From Paraspadella gotoi (taxonomy: Eukaryota > Animalia > Chaetognatha), in the NCBI GenBank assembly GCA_051294375.1, contig CM119264.1, positions 11,968,263 to 12,032,262 on the forward strand: a stretch of DNA of 64,000 nt, read 5' to 3'. This document shows, piece after piece, positions 20,929 through 34,970 of the stretch. The stretch's first letter is position 1; each line of letters starts with the position of its first letter. The translations under genes were made by a program, and so were the position numbers. The notes under the pieces were generated by a model. The model was not told the origin of the DNA and ran no database searches. It saw only the letters and a list, made by a program, of their open reading frames with translations.

Positions 20929-21455
20929 TCAATTTTTTTGTATAATTCAATGATCTGATATGATTTAAGTGACTTACCGACTTACCGACAATTTCACCTA
21001 AAAAAAATTATTGAAAAAATAATCGGAAATCTTCTGGATGATTTTTTTTCTAAAATACACTTTTAATTTTCCAGTCGTAACCGTTTTATTTACTTTGCCG
21101 CTTTTTAATTTCGGGACATAATTTATTAATATCACCTCAGGCGACGATCATTCTTATGGTTTGAGCATAAAACTTCGAGGACAACAAAAATAAGATAAAT
21201 GCACCGCAATCTTGACTTTCGCTTCGGTAATGGATTGGGACGACAACGATGTGAACGACGACGACGACGACGATCGCTTTTGTTGACGATCGTTGTCGGC
21301 TAAATATAGCGTACGTGAGTGGGTTGTTGTCGCTGCTCTCGCCGCTAAGTGGATCTCGATGATGGCTGAACCGTCGCGAGTTCTGGAGGAGAAATTTCTT
21401 CTTTCTGTCAACTCGAAATTATTGTCACTAAATCAAAATTCAATTCCGTCTCTCT

Positions 21456-21512
<57 letters not shown>

Positions 21513-24500
21513 TTCCTTTTCTCCTTTGATCTTTTCTTCGCGACTTCTCACTTCAACCCACTAATTGTTTTCTAACCTATTCAAACTCTTTTTTTCAATT
21601 TCTCCCACATTTTCGTTGTTAAACCTTTTTTTTTTCGTTCAGTTTCTTTCTTTTCTTCGTTTGTTTTGTTTTCTTCCTCCCATTGTCCTCTTTCTCTCGC
21701 TCTTTCTTCTTTCCTCTTTCTTTCTTTTTCATTTTCAACTTACTTCAATTTTCTTTTCTCATTTTCTTTCTCATTTTCCTTCTTTTTCAAAAGAAACGCG
21801 AAACAATTTTGCTTTTTTCTCGAGAGAATCACCATTGACCCCCACACCATATTTTCTCTCCCCCATATCTCTCTCTCCATCTCGCTCTCTCCCTCTCTCT
21901 CTCTCCTCTATTTCGTCGATTTCTCTCGCTCCTTTCTGTTTCTTTTCTCTCGCCTCCCACTTATCTTAGTCCTTCTCTCCTTTCCCAGTAATTCCTCCCC
22001 AGCCACTGTCCACTGGCAATTTTTCGGCCGGTTACCCGACTCTGGGAGAGTGATTGGCTTCTCACATAAAAGATCACCTTTTAAGGGGAGAAACTCCCTT
22101 TGACGTTGATTGAATAAAAGGCAGGGGATGAAGAAAGAAATGGAAGNNNNNNNNNNNNNNNNNNNNNNNNNGGTGAGAGGGAGAGGAAAGAGATGAAAGA
22201 TGAAGAGGAGAGAGAGAAGAAGAGAGAGAGAGTGAGGAGAGAGATAGAGAGGAGGAGAGGAGAGATGAGAGCGGAAGAACATGTTTTCGTCAAAATTTTC
22301 ATCACCTCCCGTCTCAGCTATTCTTAGTGCATACCTCTTTCGCTTTATGCTGAGAGTAGTGAAGCTGTGATAATTAGTGGACAGAGGATATGTTTATCCG
22401 CACTTCGTGTACTTACATTCAAATTAATGTGCATAATTGTACCTCCACGCGCATGACCATTACCGTATCTAGAGAACTAGACCATAATCTCTAGTTGTCT
22501 GTCCAACTCGTCGAGAAGGGTGTCATGCTGACATTTCTGTTATACTCGAGGAGTGTGACATATTAACCAATCGGCGGCGGTGTCCGTCATTATCATTTGC
22601 ATTTTCTGAAACTCGATTTATCAGCTATCTGTACGGGTCATGAACTACGAGTTTGCTTGCGGCATGAAAGAGATACCATCGCAAGGGATAGCGATGATGG
22701 ATTATCGGTGCCCTCGAAGTTTGGATGCTTTTGTGGGGACTTGGTGTGCCGGTAAGATTTTAATCTAAAGAGTTTTTTTTAAATTTTTCATATTGTTCAG
22801 TGACTAAGCTTATTTTTTCACGAAAAGGTTTCGGTGACATTGCTTGGTCGATTCTCTGATGTATCTCCATTCTCTCTTCTGGAGAAACCTAAGCGGAGGG
22901 GTGTGATAAAGGTACTCCAAGATATACTGTGGAAGTTTGCTGACTATACCTCACATCAAGGGAGCTCGATAAGGCAGGCGCAATTCAGCGCTCTGATAGA
23001 TCGCTTCTCTTGTCTCCTTGTAATCCTGTTGGATTGATTGATACCGATGTTTGCCATTTTCCAGGTCTCACTTGGATTACAGAGATAGTGATTGAAGAGT
23101 GGAGAGGGATGTTCTCGCTTGGATGTAACTGACCGAGGAGTAGAATACTATAAGATAAAGTATATTCAGGAATGTTCAAGGCGAAGGGCGATGATTTGAT
23201 AGGCGAAAGTCCGAAGTCTCGTGAAGCCTGCATCCGATTGGGGGCCCTGTCAGCCCAGTTCGACCGAAGTCAGAGACTTCACATGTCTCCAACCACGGCT
23301 TCCAACATGGGCCTATGCTTAATATCATGCACAGGTTATTATTTATGCATTTTATGTTTCTACAACTACAGCCTAATTAAAAAAAATTGACTTTTTTTTT
23401 ATGCTCCATGGAACAGTAGATACAAAAAATGGCGAAATTGCGGGAAAAATCATGAACACCATGGAGTTCTTACAATCATTTGCGTTTACGGCGAGATAAA
23501 AGTAAGTAATTAAATATTACTAATCTATTTATAAAATAAAATGTGGCTATTTTGCCTCTTTTTCATATTTGTATCTCGTGCATTTGTTTACTCGATTATT
23601 TACTGTTTTCATTATGCTTTCTTAAAACGAATTGAAAAATTAATCTGATCAATTGAAGAATAATAAAAAATTAGTACGTATCGAGTAAACGGAAAAAGAA
23701 CCCGAGGTTCTGAAATATGAGAAAAAAATAATTATTTTAAGATAGTTGTTACATTTGTAATTCTCGTTATTGAACGCGATCTCCATTAGGTAACTCGACT
23801 CCGAGAATACTACTGTTTCCCGATTCAATGGATATTTTGGAGTGACGCGCGTGGATGCACTCGATAGCTATCTTCATATTGTGGAAGTAGAATAAAAAAT
23901 CTGAGCGTGAGAAGATGATTTGTAATTTATTGGATCGAAAAACTTATGTATAAGTGTGCATAACGTTGCATAAGTTATGGGTTAGTTTGTAAATTTGAGT
24001 CTTTTTGATAGTACGTACGAGCCAAGAAATACTCTTGAGAAGAAGACTTGTTAAGCCATTCGATCTTGACCTTGTGTCCCAATCTCATCCCATCTCTTTG
24101 ATAAGACTACAGTTTTATGAATTATTATTCCATCTCTTACTATTGACCCCCCACAATTAAATGATTTCAAACTTCCCGCACACTGATTGCTCCCTCACCC
24201 CGGGAAATCATGCGGATAAGCTACGTTATGCGTCTGAATGCCTTCTGGATACGTCGCCAATATATTGTACCGTCATTTATATGATTATTATATGGCGTGG
24301 CTCACAACCATTTTCAACAGACTAAACTACATTTCGAGAGTTCAAACGCAAATTTTTTTGTTTTTATTTGTTTTTTAAATTTGGCCTCCTCCCTTCGCTC
24401 GGAGTTTTTGATTAATCAGCCGCGGGATTTGTCGATTTCATTCTGTCTATGCGGCAGAGTGAGCAAGTGATGTTATTTTGTATCTTCCTTACCGAATAAT

Positions 24501-27240
24501 TTATGCAATGATATAAATGGATTTGCCTTTTATTCACTGCTGAAATTATAATATAAGAATATCTGTAATACAAGCCATAGCCGATTGAAATTTTAAATGC
24601 AATGCTACTACAGCCGTTAAACTTATTCTATCATGAGCATTAGATGTATGCCGCATTGGTTTGATACTTTTTCTTCGTTGTTTTCTAAAGCATATAACAA
24701 GAAATGAGTAATATTGTTAACAATGATTATATTATTTTAATATTATATAGTGTCGGTAACATAATATTCATTTAAATTTTCTTTGTAAACATTAACATTT
24801 TTCTTAATTCTAAAATTATGCAATGAAAAAAGTTCATCACCAATATTTCTTATTTAGACTCGCAATGGGTGCGTGAGCCAAAAACTTCTAGCTATATGAT
24901 TACCGTCTGCTCAACACGAAAAATTTGAGTATACCACATTTTTGTTATACACGCCCTTTTTTCCACAGTATAACTTTCAATGGACAAATTAACGTTTCTG
25001 TAATAGTTGCTTTCTTTTATTATGCGTATTTTCCTACTCCGGGTATCGCCATACTTAATCAATATTTACTATCACTTGTCCTTAACTAGTGAAGCCACCA
25101 GTCAATAACATGATTAGTATTTAACAGATATTTCATCAGTTGCATAAAGCACTGATCAATCTTGGTAAAATAACGGATCATTGTCTGGAGGGAACCGCCA
25201 AAAAAGGTTGAATTATTAATAATGCGTGGATTTTAAATTTCGCTCGCGATGATAAGTAGGAGTATGAATAATGTTGACAAATTTCGCTACCGCGGTATGG
25301 AAAGTGAATGACACATGTGAACTCTCTCTCTTAATCTAGGGGTTTACCATTTTAGTGAAATAGCTGTGCGCCTTTCGTTTTTTTCGTTCAGGCGAAAATT
25401 CCGGCTAGCTGAGGCCCGGCACTTCTAATTTCCTCCGTCCCGTCTTAATCTCAGTAGTGCATGCACGAATTTTCTGAGCGTGGCTTCTAGCGAAAACGCC
25501 AAAGGTGTTATCTGGGTCTTCGCCCTCCAAGTATTGATTTATGATGGATGATTCCAGTTCGATCTTCATTTTTACCCTAGCCCGTGTTCACTGACTTCCC
25601 TTTATCTTCACTTTCCGTAAATTTTCGTTATTGAAATTGGACATGCTTTGGTAAGTATACTTAAATAACGGTCTATGAATTAAAAAACAGAGGTAAAAAT
25701 TTAATTTCGCCGTTTTGAAAAATCCACTTAAAAATGCTTTCATTTCGAATAATAAATGTTTAAAATGTATATTATTTTAAAAAATGTTAACATTCCTACG
25801 CCGCGCCTAAAAAACACAGTGAACCTTCATCAGTTCGTGCCAATTCCACTTTGAAGGGAAACCCGAAACCAGTCTCTCCAAAAGCGGTTTGTCAAAATCA
25901 AGATCAATCAATTTTAAATTGTCAATTTGTGGCCCAACTGGTTTTTCCAGATCTTATATAGTTATGAATTATAATTGTGATTCCTTACGATTTTCTTTGC
26001 TGTCGTTTTAAGTCGCTGATTAAATTCTTTGTTATGCACTTTTGAAATGGTAGTGCTGGGGGAGGAGATGCTATCCCCTAATGGTCGGAGAGAGTCGGTC
26101 TGAGTACCTTCTTCCAACGACTTCGCGATCCGGTCATAGCGGCACGGAGTGTAAATATATGGATATGCTGCGAAAAACGTGCTGAGCGCGAACTTGCTAA
26201 CCTCTGAATCGTTATGGAGGAGGAACCACGGAGATAATAATAAAACGTGCTATAAAGCAAAAAGCGTAAAACATACATGCTTAAACAAAACACGTTTGAG
26301 AATTTATAAAACTGAGACAAAATATTTTCGTCTCCTACGTGGTGTCGAGTCGCCTACTCACGCGTCATGGTCTGCCTGAAAAGCATGGTCAGGCCTACTA
26401 TGATGGCCCTGTATATATCGCCAAACCTCAAAGCGCTCGCCTGACCTTTTTAAAGAGGCGGCCGAACGTGATTTATTGGCCTCACTATTGACTGCGCCCT
26501 CGTACGTGGCGTCTCTTGACTCAGGCCGAGCTTCTTTCCTGTTTCATCATCGACTGACCAGAACTCCAGGGCTGTAACTCATTGACAATCTACAAAGTCT
26601 CGGTACAGCCAAGTACGAACAGTAGGTCACAGCAGTCGTGGAGGAAAGTCGTCAAAGTGAGAGAAATTACGCCAGTCCTACGAAATTATTGTAGCGCCCG
26701 CTTCTATTTTTAGTATGCCGACGGAGAGGCGCAGGATGATGCGAAATTCGGGAACCATGATCGGCCATCTCTCGCGTTTAAGCGGAGGCAGAGTTAAACT
26801 GTTCGGGACTCGTGTGAGATCCCATTTAATGAGACCTCGCTGTCTGCGGTGGTGTAGCCTCTGTGATAAATGGACGCGCGACGTTAGTCGCTCGTAGCGC
26901 GCGCTTAGTGACATGCGAGTATAATTGTAAATCACACCCTCGTGCTGATCATGTGAATGTGATCATGCCTCCTTCGCCGGCCACGGCATACTGCTCCCTT
27001 TTGACGCATATGGTCTCGTTCAATATTAATTATATGTGGCACAACCCTTCGGGTTAGTTTCGAGAATGATAAGTGCATATAGTATGGAAACAGAGAGTGT
27101 GGGGCACGCTGGGACTCTCTCTCTCTTTATAATAAGGATATTTTTCTTAAAATAAATACTAAGAAAAAGACCTGAACAAATATGAATACCACGCTCGATT
27201 AAAAAAAATTAGTTTGTCACTAGTCAGAGTTAGTTCAGAG

Positions 27241-30200
27241 NNNNNNNNNNNNNNNNNNNNNNNNNNNNNNNNNNNNNNNNNNNNNNNNNNNNNNNNNNNN
27301 NNNNNNNNNNNNNNNNNNNNNNNNNNNNNNNNNNNNNNNNNNNNNNNNNNNNNNNNNNNNNNNNNNNNNNNNNNNNNNNNNNNNNNNNNNNNNNNNNNNN
27401 NNNNNNNNNNNNNNNNNNNNNNNNNNNNNNNNNNNNNNNNNNNNNNNNNNNNNNNNNNNNNNNNNNNNNNNNNNNNNNNNNNNNNNNNNAGAGAGAGAGA
27501 GAGAGAGAGAGAGTTAAAGTCCCGACTCACAAAAGCTTCTGTCCCTTCGTCCATGAGATCCATTTTTCCCCTTTTGTCCCACAGAATAGAATTTTTTTTC
27601 TTTCTCCAGATCCGTGAAACCATCAGCGTTAGTTGCTTTCGAGGGAAAGGCGAGTGGAGTGAAGAATGATGTGGAGGTAAGTGAATCGGTGTGTTAATGT
27701 GTAAGATGAGAGTCGGTCTGTCGGTCGATCTGCGAAGGTATGCTGAAACTCGAGGAAGAACTTGCGGTGTGAGAACAACTGGCGAAAGATCGCAAAGCAG
27801 AACTCATCGAATACTCGAACAAGAAGAGTCACAGGAGAAAGTCGTCAAAGTGAGAAATCAAATGAGAGACGCTCTAATTTTTCAGGGAGTTATGAATAGA
27901 TTGATTAAGCGGGCAGAAAGTCGGGACTCGGTGAGAGTGCCCATTTAATGAGACCGACGATGTTTATGCGAGTGTCTTAGCATGCCGAGCATTTAATGTA
28001 TAAATCACACCCTCTGGTAGTTAAAGTCTGCTAGACAAGAACAACTCTGATGCAGATGAGACGATCGCACCTTGCTGAGGAGTCCAGGGGTCAGACTCCG
28101 CGCTTGCGCTTCGCTTCGTCTGAAAAATGATTTTTCGTAAAAAAAAAAAAAGAAGGGGAAAGTCTCATCACTGAGGAAAGGCGCGAAGCCGATGGACGAA
28201 TTTAATGACGAGAATAAAAAAAACTATTTAATTTTTTTTTATTTCCCTCTATTTATTTATTTATTTTTATATTTTTTTTATTTTGTAAGTTCTGTCTCGT
28301 GGCAGAGCTTGCTGCTCGTCTCTGTAGCACTCACCGCTTTAGCCTGTTTGCTAAAACCAATACGAACTCAATATGAATCGTTATTTGGTTGAGAAAAAAA
28401 ACGTCTGCGCGGTGAATGATAAGTGTGCTCGAAATATATTTACAAAGCTCTATCATGACATTTCGCACGCACTCTGAGTCGTTTTGAGTCGTAGGAAAGC
28501 TACAAAAGAAGACGCGCAACCATCCGACAGGATTAAATTCACGCGCGCTTCCTGGTGTATTCTGTTCGATGTGTGAAAAAAAACCGCGAAAATTGTAGAT
28601 TTGACGCGATCCCGACGCGGAAAACCGCAATCCAAGTCTTTCGATGGACCATTCCGAGTCCGCGGATGTCCTTAGATCCCATGAGNNNNNNNNNNNNNNN
28701 NNNNNNNNNNNNNNNNNNNNNNNNNNNNNNNNNNNNNNNNNNNNNNNNNNNNNNNNNNNNNNNNNNNNNNNNNNNNNNNNNNNNNNNNNNNNNNNNNNNN
28801 NNNNNNNNNNNNNNNNNNNNNNNNNNNNNNNNNNNNNNNNNNNNNNNNNNNNNNNNNNNNNNNNNNNNNNNNNNNNNNNNNNNNNNNNNNNNNNNNNNNN
28901 NNNNNNNNNNNNNNNNNNNNNNNNNNNNNNNNNNNNNNNNNNNNNNNNNNNNNNNNNNNNNNNNNNNNNNNNNNNNNNNNNNNNNNNNNNNNNNNNNNNN
29001 NNNNNNNNNNNNNNNNNNNNNNNNNNNNNNNNNNNNNNNNNNNNNNNNNNNNNNNNNNNNNNNNNNNNNNNNNNNNNNNNNNNNNNNNNNNNNNNNNNNN
29101 NNNNNNNNNNNNNNNNNNNNNNNNNNNNNNNNNNCTTAGTCTCCCATCCTTTGTACTACCATTCACTTTTCTTAGCCTCCGTTAATTTCCTTAATAACTA
29201 TCTTCCTATCTTTTTTCGCCCTACTTCTCTCACGTTCCCCATTTTTTGCCTCTCCACTCTCTCTCTCTCTTTGCCCCCTTCCTGACCGAAACTGACCGGA
29301 AGAGGAAAAAAGAGCAGATCACGTGACAAGAACGTGATTCCCATGCGATTTCGGATCTTCACAGAAGGCGGTCGTGACTACGGACTAGTGAGAGTGATAG
29401 TGAATGTTCACATAAATTTTTCACAAAGTATGCTCATGTGCATACTGCATAGTGAATGCAGAAAAAAGACAAAATAGATTTTAATCATTTAAAAAGATTG
29501 TTTGAATATTCAAAATAATCGCTTCGGTGACTCTTCAATCGCTCACGAAGATAAATTCTAATAAAACATTTTAAAACTTTCGAAAGTCGCTAACATAATA
29601 TTAGTTATCTCGTAAGACAAGGTGACCAGGGTGCCCCCCCCCTTTTGAGCGACCGGCCTCGAACGCGGCGGTGTTCGCCGCCAATTGGCCGGTCACGAAC
29701 TCGCCGGAAGATGGCGACGATAAAGACGACGAAGACAGCGAAGACGACAACGACGAGGCCGTAGCGGCCATTCGTGCTCGCGCCGGGTCCGAGCCACGCC
29801 CATTTCCGTTTCGGTCAAGTCGAAACGTCTGAATCCGGAAATGGAAATGAGCCGGCGTCATTGTTTGCGGCGTCGTCTCTCAGCGGCGCCGCGCCGTTTC
29901 TACATTGACGACGCCGGCTGGGATGACGAGAAGCGAGAGAGAAAATAAGAGGAGCGTNNNNNNNNNNNNNNNNNNNNNNNNNNNNNNNNNNNNNNNNNNN
30001 NNNNNNNNNNNNNNNNNNNNNNNNNNNNNNNNNNNNNNNNNNNNNNNNNNNNNNNNNNNNNNNNNNNNNNNNNNNNNNNNNNNNNNNNNNNNNNNNNNNN
30101 NNNNNNNNNNNNNNNNNNNNNNNNNNNNNNNNNNNNNNNNNNNNNNNNNNNNNNNNNNNNNNNNNNNNNNNNNNNNNNNNNNNNNNNNNNNNNNNNNNNN

Positions 30201-30585
30201 NCGCGGACGGCGTTAGGGTCGTTTTGGGCAGCGAAACTCTGATTTTGGATTCTGACGCCGGAAAAATAGGATCTTCTTCCGGCGAAAGGACAGATTTCGG
30301 CCGGAAAACGAAGGAAGCGTCATCTCGGTCGACGTCGCTGGAGAGAAATTCCGATAATTGAAAGCCGGAATTTAATTCGTTCGACAGGGCTCTNNNNNNN
30401 NNNNNNNNNNNNNNNNNNNNNNNNNNNNNNNNNNNNNNNNNNNNNNNNNNNNNNNNNNNNNNNNNNNNNNNNNNNNNNNNNNNNNNNNNNNNNNNNNNNN
30501 NNNNNNNNNNNNNNNNNNNNNNNNNNNNNNNNNNNNNNNNNNNNNNNNNNNNNNNNNNNNNNNNNNNNNNNNNNNNNNNNNNNNN
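27241..30585. other. Region broken by four sized assembly gaps (N runs starting at 27241, 28686, 29958, 30394)
   Basis: N runs in the sequence. Confidence 0.98.
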
Positions 30586-33500
30586 TTCCGTGTCGCGATT
30601 TTTTTCCCTATTATGACAAGGCTTTACGGTGAAAATGATAAATGGGCCAACAAATTAGCCCTCTGCCGGACCGTGGCCAAACGATATGCTGGAGGAGAAA
30701 GTCAGTGACGCGGAAGAACCTGAACTTCGCTCGGAACAACGGGTGACCGCGTTCGCGTGGGTAGAGGGTATGGAAGGTGGTGGGTGGGAATGGGGTAGGG
30801 TGGAAATGAGAAGGGAAGGCAACGGAGTTGTGGAGTAAGTAACGAGTGAGAAAAAGAGGAGAAGCTATTTTTTTTTCTCGCTCGGAGACTATTTACATTC
30901 GAGAAGGACAGGCGAAGTCTATTTCGAAAAATGACGCAAGCAACGGTGATGAGTAACAAGAAAAGAGATAACTTTATTTCGAAGGAGCAGAAAAATGGAT
31001 TAGATGGTAATACTTAAAATTGACTTAATAATCTCGTCGAGTTAATCTCTAAATCTTCCTCGATTTAAGAGATTTTTTTAAGATTCTGTTCTGTTACTTT
31101 TTCATCATGATTTCAAGAGAATATTCTGCCAAAACAAAGCGACAAATAACTGGCCTCTGCGTGATCTCCCCACAAGCATTAGAAACTTATGTATGAAGGG
31201 AGATGAGGTGACTCTGTGCCAGCCTGTGGGGTTCGCCGGTTGCTGGGCCGGAGATGAGACCGCGGAGCTAAAAAGACTGTCTTTTTTTTTGAAGCCCGAA
31301 AGAGGTCATTGACGTCGCTAAAAATTCTCGCAAGAATCTCATCTCATTCCATCTTCGTAGTCTCCGATCTCATGTCTCCCTAACTAAAAGTTGAGAACAA
31401 AAGTTGATTAATTTTATATAAAAATGCCGTATTTGTTTGAACGGCATAGAAACGGAAATTTATCAGAGAACGTTTACCTGGTCGAACGAACTTCCCCGCA
31501 GTCGCCAGGGACCGTTAATGCCATCCAATCGCCTGACGCGAGAGAAATATCGTCGCTAAAAACCGACTCGCTACGATGTCGCTTTAATATCACACCTGAA
31601 CGTGCGGTTCGCTTCAAATCGCGCAAACACTCAACCTCACTTCTTCGCAATTTCTTTCTCGTAATTTTTTTTTCGAGTATCGGTGAAACAAAACACAAAA
31701 CAGTGACACATAAGACTGGCAAAAATTTTCTCAGTTTTGCTCTGGGCACAGGAGAGTGAAACCGGTTAGGTTTGGCCACGGACATGATGAGATATTTCGG
31801 TCCAGCGTCGAGCACGAAGTTGTCAAGGAGACGCCCGTCGCGTTGCCAATGGCAACGGCGGTTCGAAGCGATGACCACATCATCAAGTTAATGGCGAAAA
31901 GAAAGACATCATCCCCAGGGATGAAGACGACGACGCCCATGACTACGACGGAGACTCTGACGACGACGATGGCGACGACCAAAAAAAGATGACGATGAGA
32001 ACGATGAAGACGAAGATGACCGTGCCAACAATGACTTTTTAATTGAGAGATGTCGATCAAAAAAAACAAAAAAACAACGACATCCGACAAAAATATAAAG
32101 ACAATTTGTATTTAATTTCTCTATAAATAAAAATAAAGAGAAAAACTATGATAACGACGACTTAGAAGACAACGACGACAATGGTCCAGAGTCCTGACGA
32201 AGACAGAGAAGATGACAGCGAAGGCGACGTCGCCGTGGTGCAGGAGTCGAGATGGCCTCCATTCCCGATCCCATAATAATATGGCTGAAGGGACAAATAC
32301 AAACGACGACGGCGATGACGACGAAATCGAAGACGAGAGAGATGATTGTGATATCGACGATAGAATTAGCTAAAGTTAAATACAATTTAATGAAATATTA
32401 TTCGATCAAGATGTCTCGGAATGAAATGGAAAAATATATGAGAAAAAGAAATTGATTACCTTTTTTTTGGTTGCGATTTGAGAACTGCTTCGTCAGTGGA
32501 ATCCGTATATGGGTAGCAATGACAGAGACGATGACAATGATGATGAAGAGCGCCATGATGACACAATCGCCCCGTCGTCCCGTGGGTCAAATCGATCTCC
32601 TTTCCCTCTTTTATACAATAATCCTGACAACGACGAAAGCAACGGGGATGAAACTGAAAACGATCAAAGCAAAGAACAAAACTTACATGTCCGCTGATTT
32701 ACGGAAAAATACAATTAATTATGATTAATTCATTCGCTTCCTCCGCTGCCTTTTACGTCGGTGTCATCACCGTGTCAAACGCCACCGCCACAGCCGCTTC
32801 CCGCCGCTTCCCGCCCTTGCTCGCCACGGCGTCAACGCGAGGTGATTTGTGAATCGCCCGAAGGAAAAAAGAAAAATTCTTAATCAGGCGTCGACGGAAG
32901 AAAGTAGAGATGATGTCGACGGCTAGGAATATTCCGGCCTGGGGAGAGGGAGATTGAGCTCAGATAGGATCGGATAGGAAAATTGGGCTAAGATGGTTGG
33001 ACGGAGAAAGGTTGAGGAGAGTCGCTGAGAATAGGAGTGGGGATAAATTAGGTCCGGAAGTTGGGGAAGTGAAAAGTGAAACTCGGGGCGAGAGATGACG
33101 AAGGGTCGGGAAATGTTGAGGGTGCCAGTAACGACCCTGACTCCGGAGGCGAAAGAAAAATGAATCTTGCCAAAGATTCCATCGTTTTTCAAGAAGAAAC
33201 GATGATGACGCCCACGACTCTTCCACAAGAGGGTGGGAAGGATCGAAGGGGTAAATTCAGGGGTTGTGGACAAGGAAGATCGAATGTTAAAGAATTCGTT
33301 GGATCGGGGTTTGAGAGTTCTGATGATCATCAATCCTCACTCTTGAGATTTGGAAACTGAGGGTCATCCAACCCCGTTTCAAGTGACCCCACGGACTCAT
33401 GGTTCCAAAGGGGGACGACTTTATCTCCGGAGCTACGGCTCCACTCACACGCCAGAAACTCGTAAAAATGATGGGTGAACCGTGAAAAAATTTAGGATTA

Positions 33501-34401
33501 CAACAATTTTGATCATAAATTAAAGTCAATCTATCCTATAATACGTCAAAAATTGTGAAATTACACAATATTTTATCTTTCCTATTTTCTCTATTTTCTT
33601 CATTATGAAACTTCAAAAGGTTTCAAACGACGCTGTCTCTGCCTCTAGCGAGACGACAACAACGACAACAGTTTCCTTAGCACAAAAGAAAACCTCATCT
33701 TGTCATGTTACTTCGTTCTTTCAACTTTGATCTAAATTTTCGATAATCAGCGTTGGGATACTATACTGATGGCAATATTGATGGCAACATCCGTGGCATT
33801 GCTAATGCAAAGTTTAGGGCAATAACAAAATGGAAACGCCGATGGCAAATTGTTTCCCAGGATTCTTATCCCTCTCATTAACGCACCGAGAAAAAAAATG
33901 GTCTCTCTTTCTCCATCCCCGTCGCAAGTCAGCCTCGCCATCCTATTTAAAGTAAATACGCCGATGGCAACGCCGTTTTCGGCCCAATGCGCCTCCGGGG
34001 CAGAACTGGGGGGTGCCTGGTCCGGATTACCCTCTCGATGAATAACGAACTGGTGGCGCCGGCGCCATCTTTTGCGCTGACCATCTCCTCGCGCCATCTA
34101 ATGGCCTTTCCATTTACTTCTCAGCTTTTGCGATCTTTCATCCTTTCGTCTCTGGGAGAGCGGGCGGACGGGAGAGAGGGAGGCGGTGAATAAGCGTAAG
34201 GTTTCGGAAGTGAGTTCGGCGGAGAGTGGGCAATATCAAAATAGATTGGGGAATGTGACTGGTGAGTGGGGTTGCCACCGGTTTTTGTATACGGTACGGT
34301 TTGTTAAGCGTACGCGCATGACTGGAAAAAAGAAGCCCAATTACTTAAATACATACTTTTTTCAAAAAAAAGAACAATAAAATAATATTTTATTCATCAC
34401 A

Positions 34402-34970
34402 TAAGGGAGTGGTCTTTTCATACAATTGAAACATTCTTTGAAATTTTTCCCTTCATTGATAGGGAGCCAGTACTCTGGGAGTGAATAAACGAGACTGTGA
34501 AAGAGTCTTGATTGAAAGCTTGCAGGGACTGCTATGTCATTATCTTGTAAGAGTGATGGAGGCCTTAAACCACCAAAGCCTGTCCAAAGTCAGGGGCAAG
34601 ATAGCTTATTTATTAATGAATGGATAATTTTTATATTGGTTGTCCAATTATAAAGTTCAGCTCCTTGTATTTTGATGCTAGTGGCGGAATACAATAAGTA
34701 TTCCCCGATCTAATACTTAAGGGAGTGGTCTTTTCATACAATTGAAACATTCTTTGAAATATTTCCACTTCATTGATAGGGAGCCAGGTACTCTGGGAGA
34801 TGAATAAACGAGACTGTGAAAGAGTCTTGATTGAAAGCTTGCAGGGACCTGCTATGTCATTATCTTGTAAAGAGTGATGGAGGCCTTAACCACCAAAGCC
34901 TGTCCAAAGTCAGGGGCAAGATAGCTTATTTATTAAAATGAATGGATAATTTTTTATATTGGTTGTACAA
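34402..34970. repeat. Two tandem ~250 bp copies (34402-34650, 34718-34970) of a dispersed repeat family
   Basis: taagggagtggtcttttcatacaattgaaac...aagatagcttatt...tggataatttttatattggttgt is present twice, nearly identical. Confidence 0.85.

Noticed and set aside
27159-30216. ORFs of 100-213 aa containing X runs
   Set aside because: Open only because they cross N gaps.
31424-34193. Cluster of 60-135 aa ORFs on both strands
   Set aside because: No recognisable motifs or consistent splice chain. Largely GAC/GAT-rich low-complexity sequence.
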